This document shows positions 17,212 through 24,788 of a stretch of DNA of 29,553 nt, in pieces (positions within the stretch are counted from its first letter, which is position 1; every line of letters begins with the position of its first letter). Source of the stretch: a virus (lineage: Duplodnaviria > Heunggongvirae > Uroviricota > Caudoviricetes); the IMG/VR virus record IMGVR_UViG_2740892031_000002. The stretch is one strand, 5' to 3'. Made by a program: the position numbers and the translations under genes. The notes beneath the pieces are model-generated. The model did no database searches. It was not told where the DNA came from and saw only the letters and a program-made list of their open reading frames with translations.

Positions 17212-17955
17212 ATGACGAGTCCCGCACAGCGCCACATGATGCGGGTCTCGGCAGCGATGACCGCGCAGCGGGAAGCCGCCCCGCTGCGACATGCAACTGT
17301 CTATGAGCAGATGCTGGTCAAGCTGGCCGCAGACCAGCGCACACTGAAAGCGATTTATTCAAAAGAGCTTAAGGCCGCGAAAAAGCGCGAACTGCTGCCG
17401 TTCTGGTTGCCGTGGGTGAACGGTGTGCTGGAGCAGGGCAAAGGTGCACAGGATGACATTCTGATGACGGTCATGCTGTGGCGTCTGGATACCGGCGATA
17501 TTGCCGGTGCGCTGGAGATTGCCCGTTATGCCCTGAAGTACGGTCTGACCATGCCGGGTAAACACCGCCGCACCCCGCCGTACATGTTCACCGAGGAGGT
17601 CGCACTCGCGGCCATGCGTGCCCACGCTGCCGGTGAATCTGTGGATATCCGCCTGCTGACGGAGACCCTTGAACTGACCGCCACGGCTGACATGCCTGAT
17701 GAAGTGCGCGCAAAGCTGCACAAAATCACCGGTCTGTTTCTGCGTGACGCTGGTGATGCCGCCGGTGCGCTGGCTCACCTGCAACGTGCGACACAGCTCG
17801 ACTGTCAGGCAGGCGTCAAAAAAGAGATTGAACGACTGGAGCGGGAGCTGAAACCGAAGCCGGAGCCGCAGCCCAAAGCGGTCACCCGCGCCCCGCGTAA
17901 GACCCGGAGCGTGACACCGGCAAAACGTGGACGCCCGAAAAAGAAAGCCAGTTAA
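17212..17955 (+). CDS. M: Terminase small (endonuclease) subunit
   Basis: 247-aa ORF matching P2 gpM; basic C-terminal tail. Confidence 0.9.
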   Translation: MTSPAQRHMMRVSAAMTAQREAAPLRHATVYEQMLVKLAADQRTLKAIYSKELKAAKKRELLPFWLPWVNGVLEQGKGAQDDILMTVMLWRLDTGDIAGALEIARYALKYGLTMPGKHRRTPPYMFTEEVALAAMRAHAAGESVDIRLLTETLELTATADMPDEVRAKLHKITGLFLRDAGDAAGALAHLQRATQLDCQAGVKKEIERLERELKPKPEPQPKAVTRAPRKTRSVTPAKRGRPKKKAS

Positions 17956-18054
17956 CAACCGAATGCGCCTCGCGCCAGGGCGGCACGCCGGTCAGTGAGG
18001 GTGAATCACCTGACACTGCACCGGCGTCCACCGCCCGACTTTTCAGAGGTAGTC

Positions 18055-18564
18055 ATGATGACGCTGATTATTCCGCGAAAGGAGGCTCCCGTGTCCGGTG
18101 AGGGTACGGTGGTCATCCCGCAACCGGCAGGCGACGAGCCGGTGATTAAAAACACGTTCTTTTTTCCCGATATCGACCCGAAGCGCGTCCGGGAACGTAT
18201 GCGCCTTGAGCAGACCGTCGCCCCCGCCCGTCTGCGTGAGGCCATCAAGTCAGGCATGGCGGAGACGAATGCGGAGCTGTACGAGTACCGCGAACAGAAA
18301 ATTGCCGCCGGTTTTACGCGTCTGGCGGACGTTCCGGCGGACGACATCGACGGTGAAAGCATCAAAGTTTTTTACTACGAGCGCGCCGTGTGTGCGATGG
18401 CGACCGCGTCGCTTTATGAGCGTTATCGCGGCGTGGATGCCAGTGCGAAAGGCGACAAGAAGGCCGACAGCATTGACAGCACCATTGATGAACTGTGGCG
18501 GGATATGCGCTGGGCGGTGGCGCGTATCCAGGACAAGCCGCGCTGCATCGTGAGTCAAATCTGA
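18055..18564 (+). CDS. L: Capsid completion protein
   Basis: Tracked ORF 17995..18564; ATG at 18055 (MMTLIIPRKEAP) has an AGAGGT Shine-Dalgarno; 169 aa as in P2 gpL. Confidence 0.88.
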   Translation: MMTLIIPRKEAPVSGEGTVVIPQPAGDEPVIKNTFFFPDIDPKRVRERMRLEQTVAPARLREAIKSGMAETNAELYEYREQKIAAGFTRLADVPADDIDGESIKVFYYERAVCAMATASLYERYRGVDASAKGDKKADSIDSTIDELWRDMRWAVARIQDKPRCIVSQI

Positions 18565-18767
18565 TGAAGACCTTTGCGCTACAGGGCGACACGCTCGACG
18601 CCATTTGTGTCCGGTATTACGGGCGCACTGAGGGCGTGGTTGAGACCGTGCTCGCCGCAAATCCGGGACTGGCTGAACTGGGTGCGGTGCTGCCACACGG
18701 CACCGCCGTCGAACTGCCCGACGTTCAGACCGCGCCCGTGGCTGAAACTGTCAATCTGTGGGAGTAA
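18564..18767 (+). CDS. X: Tail protein X
   Basis: Tracked ORF 18495..18767; ATG at 18564 overlaps the L stop (ATGA); 67 aa beginning MKTFALQGDTLDAICVRYYG as in P2 gpX. Confidence 0.88.
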   Translation: MKTFALQGDTLDAICVRYYGRTEGVVETVLAANPGLAELGAVLPHGTAVELPDVQTAPVAETVNLWE

Positions 18768-18770
18768 CGC

Positions 18771-19052
18771 ATGACAGCAGAAGAAAAAAGCGTCCTGTCG
18801 CTTTTCATGATTGGGGTGCTGATTGTTGTCGGCAAGGTGCTTGCCGGTGGTGAACCCATCACCCCGCGTCTGTTTATCGGGCGCATGTTGCTCGGCGGTT
18901 TTGTCTCGATGGTTGCCGGTGTTGTTCTGGTGCAGTTTCCTGACCTGTCACTGCCTGCGGTGTGCGGCATCGGTTCCATGCTGGGTATCGCCGGTTATCA
19001 GGTGATTGAGATTGCCATTCAGCGCCGCTTTAAGGGCAGGGGGAAACCGTAA
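18771..19052 (+). CDS. Y: Holin
   Basis: 93-aa ORF with hydrophobic helices, matching P2 gpY in position and length. Confidence 0.88.
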   Translation: MTAEEKSVLSLFMIGVLIVVGKVLAGGEPITPRLFIGRMLLGGFVSMVAGVVLVQFPDLSLPAVCGIGSMLGIAGYQVIEIAIQRRFKGRGKP

Positions 19053-19549
19053 TGCCGGTAATTAACACGCATCAGAATATCGCCGCCTTTCTCGACATGC
19101 TGGCCGTGTCCGAAGGGACGGCGAATCATCCGCTGACGAAAAACCGGGGCTATGACGTGATAGTCACCGGACTGGACGGAAAGCCGGAAATTTTCACCGA
19201 CTACAGTGACCACCCGTTCGCGCATGGCCGACCGGCGAAGGTGTTTAACCGTCGCGGTGAAAAATCCACGGCCTCCGGTCGCTATCAGCAGCTTTACCTG
19301 TTCTGGCCGCACTACCGCAAACAGCTTGCCCTGCCGGATTTCAGTCCGTTGTCACAGGACAGGCTCGCCATTCAGTTGATCCGCGAACGCGGTGCACTGG
19401 ATGACATCCGGGCGGGACGCATTGAGCGCGCCATTTCACGCTGTCGCAATATCTGGGCGTCCCTGCCGGGTGCCGGTTACGGTCAGCGTGAGCATTCACT
19501 GGAAAAACTGGTCACCGTCTGGCGTACCGCCGGCGGCGTACCGGCTTAA
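19052..19549 (+). CDS. K: Endolysin (lysozyme)
   Basis: 165-aa ORF matching P2 gpK; start overlaps the Y stop. Confidence 0.9.
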   Translation: MPVINTHQNIAAFLDMLAVSEGTANHPLTKNRGYDVIVTGLDGKPEIFTDYSDHPFAHGRPAKVFNRRGEKSTASGRYQQLYLFWPHYRKQLALPDFSPLSQDRLAIQLIRERGALDDIRAGRIERAISRCRNIWASLPGAGYGQREHSLEKLVTVWRTAGGVPA

Positions 19550-19563
19550 ACGGAGTAAACACC

Positions 19564-19989
19564 ATGAAGAAATTATCCCTTTCACTGATGCTGAACGTGT
19601 CGCTGGCGCTGATGCTGGCACTGTCCCTGATTTACCCGCAGAGCGTGGCCGTCAGTTTTGTCGCCACCTGGGCGATTCTGGCGACGGTTATCTGTGTGGT
19701 TGCCGGTGGTGTCGGCGTGTATGCCACGGAGTATGTGCTGGAACGCTACGGGCGGGAGCTGCCGCCGGAATCGCTGGCCGTGAAGATTGTCACGTCGCTG
19801 TTTTTGCAGCCGGTGCCGTGGCGCAGACGGGCGGCGGCTCTGGTGGTGATGGTGGCGACGTTTATCTCGCTGGTCGCTGCCGGGTGGATTTTTACTGCGC
19901 TGATTTACCTCGTGGCGTCGGTGTTCTTCCGGCTGATACGTACGGCCTGCCGTCAGCGTTTTGAGGGGCGGGAACCATGTCAAAGCTGA
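19564..19989 (+). CDS. lysA: Lysis timing / membrane protein LysA
   Basis: 141-aa ORF with four hydrophobic segments, matching P2 LysA in position. Confidence 0.85.
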   Translation: MKKLSLSLMLNVSLALMLALSLIYPQSVAVSFVATWAILATVICVVAGGVGVYATEYVLERYGRELPPESLAVKIVTSLFLQPVPWRRRAAALVVMVATFISLVAAGWIFTALIYLVASVFFRLIRTACRQRFEGREPCQS

Positions 19990-20402
19990 TGATTGTACTG
20001 GTTGTGTTGTTATCGCTGGCGGTGGCGGGGCTGTTTCTGGTGAAACATAAAAATGCCAGCCTGCGCGCCTCGCTGGACAGGGCGAACAACGTCGCCAGCG
20101 GGCAGCAGACGACTATCACCATGCTGAAAAATCAGCTTCATGTTGCCCTCACCAGAGCAGACAAAAACGAGCTGGCGCAGGTGGTACTGCGTCAGGAACT
20201 GGAGAACGCCGCGAAGCGTGAAGCACAGCGCGAGAAAACCATCACGAGGTTACTCAATGAAAACGAAGATTTTCGCCGCTGGTACGGCGCTGACCTGCCT
20301 GATGTTGTGCGCCGGTTGCACCAGCGTCCGGCCTGCACCGACGCCAGTGATTGTCGCCAACGCCTGCCCGAAAGTGAGCCTTTGCCCGATGCCGGGCAGT
20401 GA
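19977..20402 (+). CDS. lysB: LysB (Rz-like inner-membrane spanin)
   Basis: 141-aa ORF with an N-terminal TM helix and coiled-coil-like periplasmic part; P2 position. Confidence 0.85.
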   Translation: MSKLMIVLVVLLSLAVAGLFLVKHKNASLRASLDRANNVASGQQTTITMLKNQLHVALTRADKNELAQVVLRQELENAAKREAQREKTITRLLNENEDFRRWYGADLPDVVRRLHQRPACTDASDCRQRLPESEPLPDAGQ

Positions 20403-20547
20403 CCCGCAGACGAACGGCGATTTAAGTGCTGATATCCGGCAGCTTGAGAACGCGCTGGCACGCTGTGCCAGCCAGGTAAAAATGATTAAACACTGTCAGG
20501 ACGAAAACGATGCTCAAACCCGACAGCCTGCGCAGGGCGCTGACTGA
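20257..20547 (+). CDS. lysC: LysC (Rz1-like outer-membrane lipoprotein spanin)
   Basis: Tracked ORF 20140..20547 in the +1 frame relative to lysB; ATG at 20257 gives 96 aa with a lipoprotein signal (MKTKIFAAGTALTCLMLCAGC) and a proline-rich body; overlaps the lysB 3' end and the R start. Confidence 0.8.
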   Translation: MKTKIFAAGTALTCLMLCAGCTSVRPAPTPVIVANACPKVSLCPMPGSDPQTNGDLSADIRQLENALARCASQVKMIKHCQDENDAQTRQPAQGAD

Positions 20548-20977
20548 CGCCGTCACGGTGCTGAAAACCAGTCCCGAGATGCTGCGGATATTCGTGGATA
20601 ACGGGAGTATTGCCTCCACACTGGCGACGTCTATGTCATTCGAAAAGCGTTACACGCTCAATGTGATTGTGACCGACTTTACCGGTGATTTTGACCTGCT
20701 CATTGTGCCGGTGCTGGCGTGGCTGCGGGAAAATCAGCCAGACATCATGACCACCGACGAAGGCCAGAAAAAGGGCTTCACGTTTTATGCAGACATCAAC
20801 AATGACAGCAGCTTTGATATCAGCATCAGCCTGATGCTGACCGAGCGCACGCTGGTCAGTGAGGTGGAAGGCGCGCTACATGTGAAGAATATCCCGGAAC
20901 CTCCGCCGCCGGAGCCGGTTACCCGCCCGATGGAGCTGTATATCAATGGCGAACTGGTGAGCAAGTGGGATGAATGA
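20510..20977 (+). CDS. R: Tail completion protein R
   Basis: 155-aa ORF matching P2 gpR in position and length. Confidence 0.88.
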   Translation: MLKPDSLRRALTDAVTVLKTSPEMLRIFVDNGSIASTLATSMSFEKRYTLNVIVTDFTGDFDLLIVPVLAWLRENQPDIMTTDEGQKKGFTFYADINNDSSFDISISLMLTERTLVSEVEGALHVKNIPEPPPPEPVTRPMELYINGELVSKWDE

Positions 20978-21422
20978 GTTTAAGCGTTTTGAAGACCGGC
21001 TGACCGGACTGACTGAATCGCTGTCACCGTCAGGGCGTCGGCGACTGAGCGCCGAACTGGCGAAACGTCTGCGTCAGAGTCAGCAGCGTCGGGTGATGGC
21101 ACAGAAAGCCCCGGACGGCACACCCTACGTGCCACGCCAGCAGCAGAGCGCCAGAAAAAAGACCGGTCGTGTTAAGCGAAAAATGTTTGCGAAACTTATC
21201 ACCAGTCGTTTTTTGCATATCCGCGCCAGCCCGGAACAGGCATCAATGGAGTTTTACGGCGGGAAGTCGCCGAAAATTGCCAGTGTGCATCAGTTCGGTC
21301 TGTCGGAAGAAACCCGGAAAGACGGTAAGAAAACTGATTATCCGGCGCGTCCTCTGCTCGGCTTTACCGGTGAGGATGTGCAGATGATTGAAGAGATTAT
21401 CCTGGCTCACCTTGAGCGTTAG
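20970..21422 (+). CDS. S: Tail completion protein S
   Basis: 150-aa ORF matching P2 gpS in position and length. Confidence 0.88.
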   Translation: MNEFKRFEDRLTGLTESLSPSGRRRLSAELAKRLRQSQQRRVMAQKAPDGTPYVPRQQQSARKKTGRVKRKMFAKLITSRFLHIRASPEQASMEFYGGKSPKIASVHQFGLSEETRKDGKKTDYPARPLLGFTGEDVQMIEEIILAHLER

Positions 21423-21452
21423 TTTTATCCAGGCAGAGGCTGATGCGCAATT

Positions 21453-21487
21453 AAACATTGAGCGGCCGTGCTGGTCGCTCAATGTTT
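21453..21487. terminator. Hairpin between convergent S and the cargo membrane-protein gene (probable bidirectional terminator)
   Basis: 12-bp stems aaacattgagcg / cgctcaatgttt with an 11-nt loop. Confidence 0.6.
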
Positions 21488-21493
21488 AGAGGT

Positions 21494-22279
21494 TTATGAG
21501 TGGTTTTTATTTGATGCTTTGTATTCTAAAACCTTCTTATTGGCGTAAAGGAATTTTGTGTATGACAGGAATATAAATAGACCTGAAATAAAATAGATTA
21601 GGGATATTATTAATAATGTTTTTCTGTGGCTGTTATTATCTTTAATCTCCTGACTTAACCATTCGGAGTCCTCCTCGTTTAGCTGTAAGAGCTTATTGCA
21701 GGCGATTGCAGGAAGTGTGTCTGTTACAAAAGTGTTCTGCAGTCTCTTGCAATCGGCAATGCTAAAAGCTTTATAGAACTTATCTGTTTTATTGTCGGAG
21801 AACAAAAGAACCTTGTCATTATAAACATGGTACATCATATTTTTATATGGTATGGCTATGGCATCCTCTACTATGGCAGATTGCTCGTTGTGTATGCAAC
21901 ATGCGAAGATAATATAAAGAATTCCGGCCAGGACTGCACTCATTGTTTTTGTGATGCATGGCGGTTCTGTTATGTCTCCCCAGAAGCGAGTAAGGAAAAA
22001 ATCCGATGTTTTTAGTTTTCCATCAATCAGCCCCTGCTGTATCATTCTCACATCTTCGATGCCTGATACATTGATTCCGTTAAGTATTTTAAATAGTTGA
22101 ATGTCGCGCCACTCGCGGTCCAGTCTTTTTAATTTTTTGTCTGAATATCCAAATTTGAAATAATGTGCAATAAGCCTCATAAGGTTACTTTTACCAAAGC
22201 TAAAAAATGCTAATACTGCAAAGACCAAAAGATACAAAACGATTAGCTCCCACACATTAGTCACATTATAGCTGACCAT
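21494..22279 (-). CDS. Hypothetical multi-pass membrane protein at the S-V (P2 orf30) accessory locus
   Basis: 261-aa ORF; AAGGAG Shine-Dalgarno 6 nt upstream of the ATG. Hydrophobic helices near the N-terminus (VWELIVLYLLVFAVLAFFSF), mid-protein (TMSAVLAGILYIIFACCI) and C-terminus (LLIISLIYFISGLFIFLSY). Strongly AT-rich; no homolog recognised. Confidence 0.8.
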   Translation of the reverse strand: MVSYNVTNVWELIVLYLLVFAVLAFFSFGKSNLMRLIAHYFKFGYSDKKLKRLDREWRDIQLFKILNGINVSGIEDVRMIQQGLIDGKLKTSDFFLTRFWGDITEPPCITKTMSAVLAGILYIIFACCIHNEQSAIVEDAIAIPYKNMMYHVYNDKVLLFSDNKTDKFYKAFSIADCKRLQNTFVTDTLPAIACNKLLQLNEEDSEWLSQEIKDNNSHRKTLLIISLIYFISGLFIFLSYTKFLYANKKVLEYKASNKNHS

Positions 22280-22362
22280 TACGCTCTCCTTGAATGTTGT
22301 CTGGTGGTTCTACAAATGAATCCAGATAGCATAACTTTTATATATTGTGCAATCTCACATGC

Positions 22363-22998
22363 ATGGACACTCTCGCAAATATTCAGGAACTCGCGCGCGC
22401 ACTGCGCAACATGATTCGTACCGGCATTATCGTTGAAACCGACCTTAACGCCGGTCGCTGCCGTGTGCAGACCGGCGGCATGTGCACCGACTGGCTTCAG
22501 TGGCTGACCCATCGCGCCGGACGTTCGCGCACATGGTGGGCACCTTCCGTGGGGGAACAGGTGCTGATTCTGGCCGTGGGCGGTGAACTCGACACGGCGT
22601 TCGTTCTGCCGGGGATTTATTCCGGCGATAACCCTGCGCCGTCTGCGTCGGCGGATGCCCTGCATATCCGTTTCCCTGACGGGGCGGTGATTGAGTATGA
22701 ACCCGAAACCAGTGCGCTTACGGTAAGCGGAATTAAAACGGCCAGCGTGACGGCTTCTGATTCTGTTACTGCCACGGTGCCGGTGGTCATGGTGAAAGCA
22801 TCAACCCGCATCACTCTGGACACGCCGGAGGTGGTCTGCACAAACAAGCTGATCACCGGCACGCTGGAAGTGCAGAAGGGCGGGACGATGCGCGGCAACA
22901 TTGAACACACCGGCGGTGAACTCTCATCAAACGGTAAGGTACTGCATACCCATAAACACCCCGGCGACAGCGGCGGCACAACCGGGAGTCCTTTATGA
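22363..22998 (+). CDS. V: Baseplate central spike protein
   Basis: Tracked ORF 22345..22998; ATG at 22363 gives 211 aa matching P2 gpV (C-terminal HTHKHPGDSGGTTGSPL). Confidence 0.9.
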   Translation: MDTLANIQELARALRNMIRTGIIVETDLNAGRCRVQTGGMCTDWLQWLTHRAGRSRTWWAPSVGEQVLILAVGGELDTAFVLPGIYSGDNPAPSASADALHIRFPDGAVIEYEPETSALTVSGIKTASVTASDSVTATVPVVMVKASTRITLDTPEVVCTNKLITGTLEVQKGGTMRGNIEHTGGELSSNGKVLHTHKHPGDSGGTTGSPL

Positions 22999-23342
22999 CA
23001 GCGCGTTATCTCGGAATGAATCGCAGTGATGGCCTGACTGTCACTGACCTTGAGCATATCAGCCAGAGTATCGGCGATATCCTGCGCACACCGGTCGGCT
23101 CACGGGTGATGCGTCGTGATTACGGCTCGTTGCTGGCGTCAATGATTGACCAGCCGCAGACCCCGGCGCTTGAGTTGCAGATTAAGGTCGCCTGTTACAT
23201 GGCGGTGCTGAAATGGGAACCCCGCGTCACCCTGTCATCCGTCACCACTGAGCGCAGTTTTGACGGGCGAATGACGGTCACGTTAACCGGCCAGCACAAC
23301 GACACCGGCCAGCCACTTTCGTTAACCATCCCTGTGAGTTGA
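22995..23342 (+). CDS. W: Baseplate protein W (GPW/gp25 family)
   Basis: 115-aa ORF; P2 position; start overlaps the V stop. Confidence 0.88.
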   Translation: MTARYLGMNRSDGLTVTDLEHISQSIGDILRTPVGSRVMRRDYGSLLASMIDQPQTPALELQIKVACYMAVLKWEPRVTLSSVTTERSFDGRMTVTLTGQHNDTGQPLSLTIPVS

Positions 23343-23346
23343 AACC

Positions 23347-24255
23347 ATGCCGATTATCGACCTGAACCAGCTACCCGCACCGGATGTGGTCGAGGAGCTG
23401 GACTTTGAAACCATTCTTGCCGAACGCAAGGCGACACTGATTTCCCTTTACCCGGAAGACCAGCAGGAGGCGGTCGCCCGTACCCTGACACTGGAATCTG
23501 AGCCTCTCGTCAAACTGCTGGAGGAAAATGCTTATCGTGAGCTTATCTGGCGTCAGCGTGTGAATGAGGCCGCACGGGCGGTGATGCTGGCCTGTGCCGC
23601 CGGTAATGACCTTGATGTGATTGGTGCCAATTACAACACCACGCGCCTGATTATCACCCCGGCAGATGATTCGACCATCCCGCCGACACCGGCAGTGATG
23701 GAATCTGACACCGATTATCGTCTGCGTATTCAGCAGGCGTTTGAAGGTTTAAGCGTCGCCGGGTCGGTGGGTGCCTATCAGTATCATGGACGCAGTGCTG
23801 ACGGGCGTGTCGCGGATATCTCTGTCACCAGTCCGTCTCCGGCCTGTGTCACCATCTCTGTGCTGTCACGTGAAAATAACGGTGTCGCTTCCGAAGACCT
23901 GCTGGCGGTGGTGCGTAACGCCCTTAATGGTGAGGACGTCAGGCCGGTGGCCGACCGCGTGACCGTGCAGTCTGCCGCCATCGTTGAATACCAGATAAAC
24001 GCCACGCTTTACCTTTACCCTGGTCCCGAAAGCGAACCCATCCGCGCTGCTGCCGTGAAAAAACTGGAAGCGTACATCACGGCACAGCACCGGCTGGGGC
24101 GCGACATCCGTCTGTCTGCCATTTATGCCGCTTTGCATGTGGAAGGCGTGCAGCGTGTCGAACTGGCTGCACCACTGGCCGACATCGTGCTCAACAATAC
24201 GCAGGCGTCTTTCTGTACCGAATACCGCGTTGTGACCGGAGGCTCGGATGAGTGA
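23347..24255 (+). CDS. J: Baseplate protein J
   Basis: 302-aa ORF; P2 position and length. Confidence 0.88.
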   Translation: MPIIDLNQLPAPDVVEELDFETILAERKATLISLYPEDQQEAVARTLTLESEPLVKLLEENAYRELIWRQRVNEAARAVMLACAAGNDLDVIGANYNTTRLIITPADDSTIPPTPAVMESDTDYRLRIQQAFEGLSVAGSVGAYQYHGRSADGRVADISVTSPSPACVTISVLSRENNGVASEDLLAVVRNALNGEDVRPVADRVTVQSAAIVEYQINATLYLYPGPESEPIRAAAVKKLEAYITAQHRLGRDIRLSAIYAALHVEGVQRVELAAPLADIVLNNTQASFCTEYRVVTGGSDE

Positions 24256-24778
24256 TTCGCGCCTGCTGCCGACCGGCTCATCACCGCTTGAGGTCGCCGC
24301 CGCAAAAGCCTGTGCGGAAATTGAAAAAACGCCGGTCAGTATTCGTGAGCTGTGGAACCCGGACACCTGCCCGGCAAATCTGCTGCCGTGGCTGGCGTGG
24401 GCGTTTTCGGTCGACAGGTGGGATGAAAAGTGGCCGGAAGCGACAAAACGCGCCGTTATCCGCGATGCCTATTTCATCCACTGTCATAAAGGCACTATCG
24501 GCGCAATCCGGCGTGTGGTGGAGCCGCTCGGCTATCTCATTAACGTAAAGGAATGGTGGGAGACAAACGACCCGCCCGGAACCTTTCGCCTTGATATCGG
24601 TGTGCTGGAAAGCGGCATCACGGAGGAGATGTATCTGGAAATGGAACGGCTGATTGCCGATGCCAAACCCGCAAGTCGCCACCTTATCGGTCTGAACATT
24701 ATCCAGGACATTCCCGGCTATCTGTATACAGGCGGTGTGGTCTGTGATGGTGATGTTATTACTGTTTATCCCGGATAA
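24248..24778 (+). CDS. I: Baseplate protein I
   Basis: 176-aa ORF; P2 position and length; overlaps the J 3' end. Confidence 0.88.
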   Translation: MSDSRLLPTGSSPLEVAAAKACAEIEKTPVSIRELWNPDTCPANLLPWLAWAFSVDRWDEKWPEATKRAVIRDAYFIHCHKGTIGAIRRVVEPLGYLINVKEWWETNDPPGTFRLDIGVLESGITEEMYLEMERLIADAKPASRHLIGLNIIQDIPGYLYTGGVVCDGDVITVYPG

Positions 24779-24788
24779 GTGAGAAACA

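Noticed and set aside
15581-18979. Antisense or alternative-frame ORFs within O, N, M, L, X and Y
   Set aside because: Same reasoning: embedded in conserved late genes, with low-complexity arginine/serine/alanine-rich translations.
19392-20619. Overlapping ORFs across K/lysA/lysB other than lysC (19392..19964, 19582..19983, 19892..20122, 20192..20461, 20422..20619)
   Set aside because: Only the +1-frame lipoprotein ORF (lysC) has a signal peptide, a ribosome-binding site and known precedent; the others are out-of-frame artefacts.
21030-21482. ORFs overlapping S (21030..21218 -, 21169..21387 +, 21243..21482 -)
   Set aside because: Embedded in or antisense to S; 21243..21482 runs through the S/cargo terminator hairpin.
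21827-22015. 62-aa plus-strand ORF inside the S-V membrane-protein gene
   Set aside because: Antisense to the better-supported gene, which has a strong Shine-Dalgarno.
22280-22362. Possible Ogr-type late promoter element upstream of V (tgt...aca partial dyad in tgttgtctggtggttctaca)
   Set aside because: Spacing does not fit the consensus I recall for P2 late promoters and no equivalent element could be found upstream of P/O, so I cannot support it.
22279-22665. 128-aa minus-strand ORF overlapping the start of V
   Set aside because: Antisense to the conserved V gene and its promoter region; arginine-rich N-terminus typical of an artefact.
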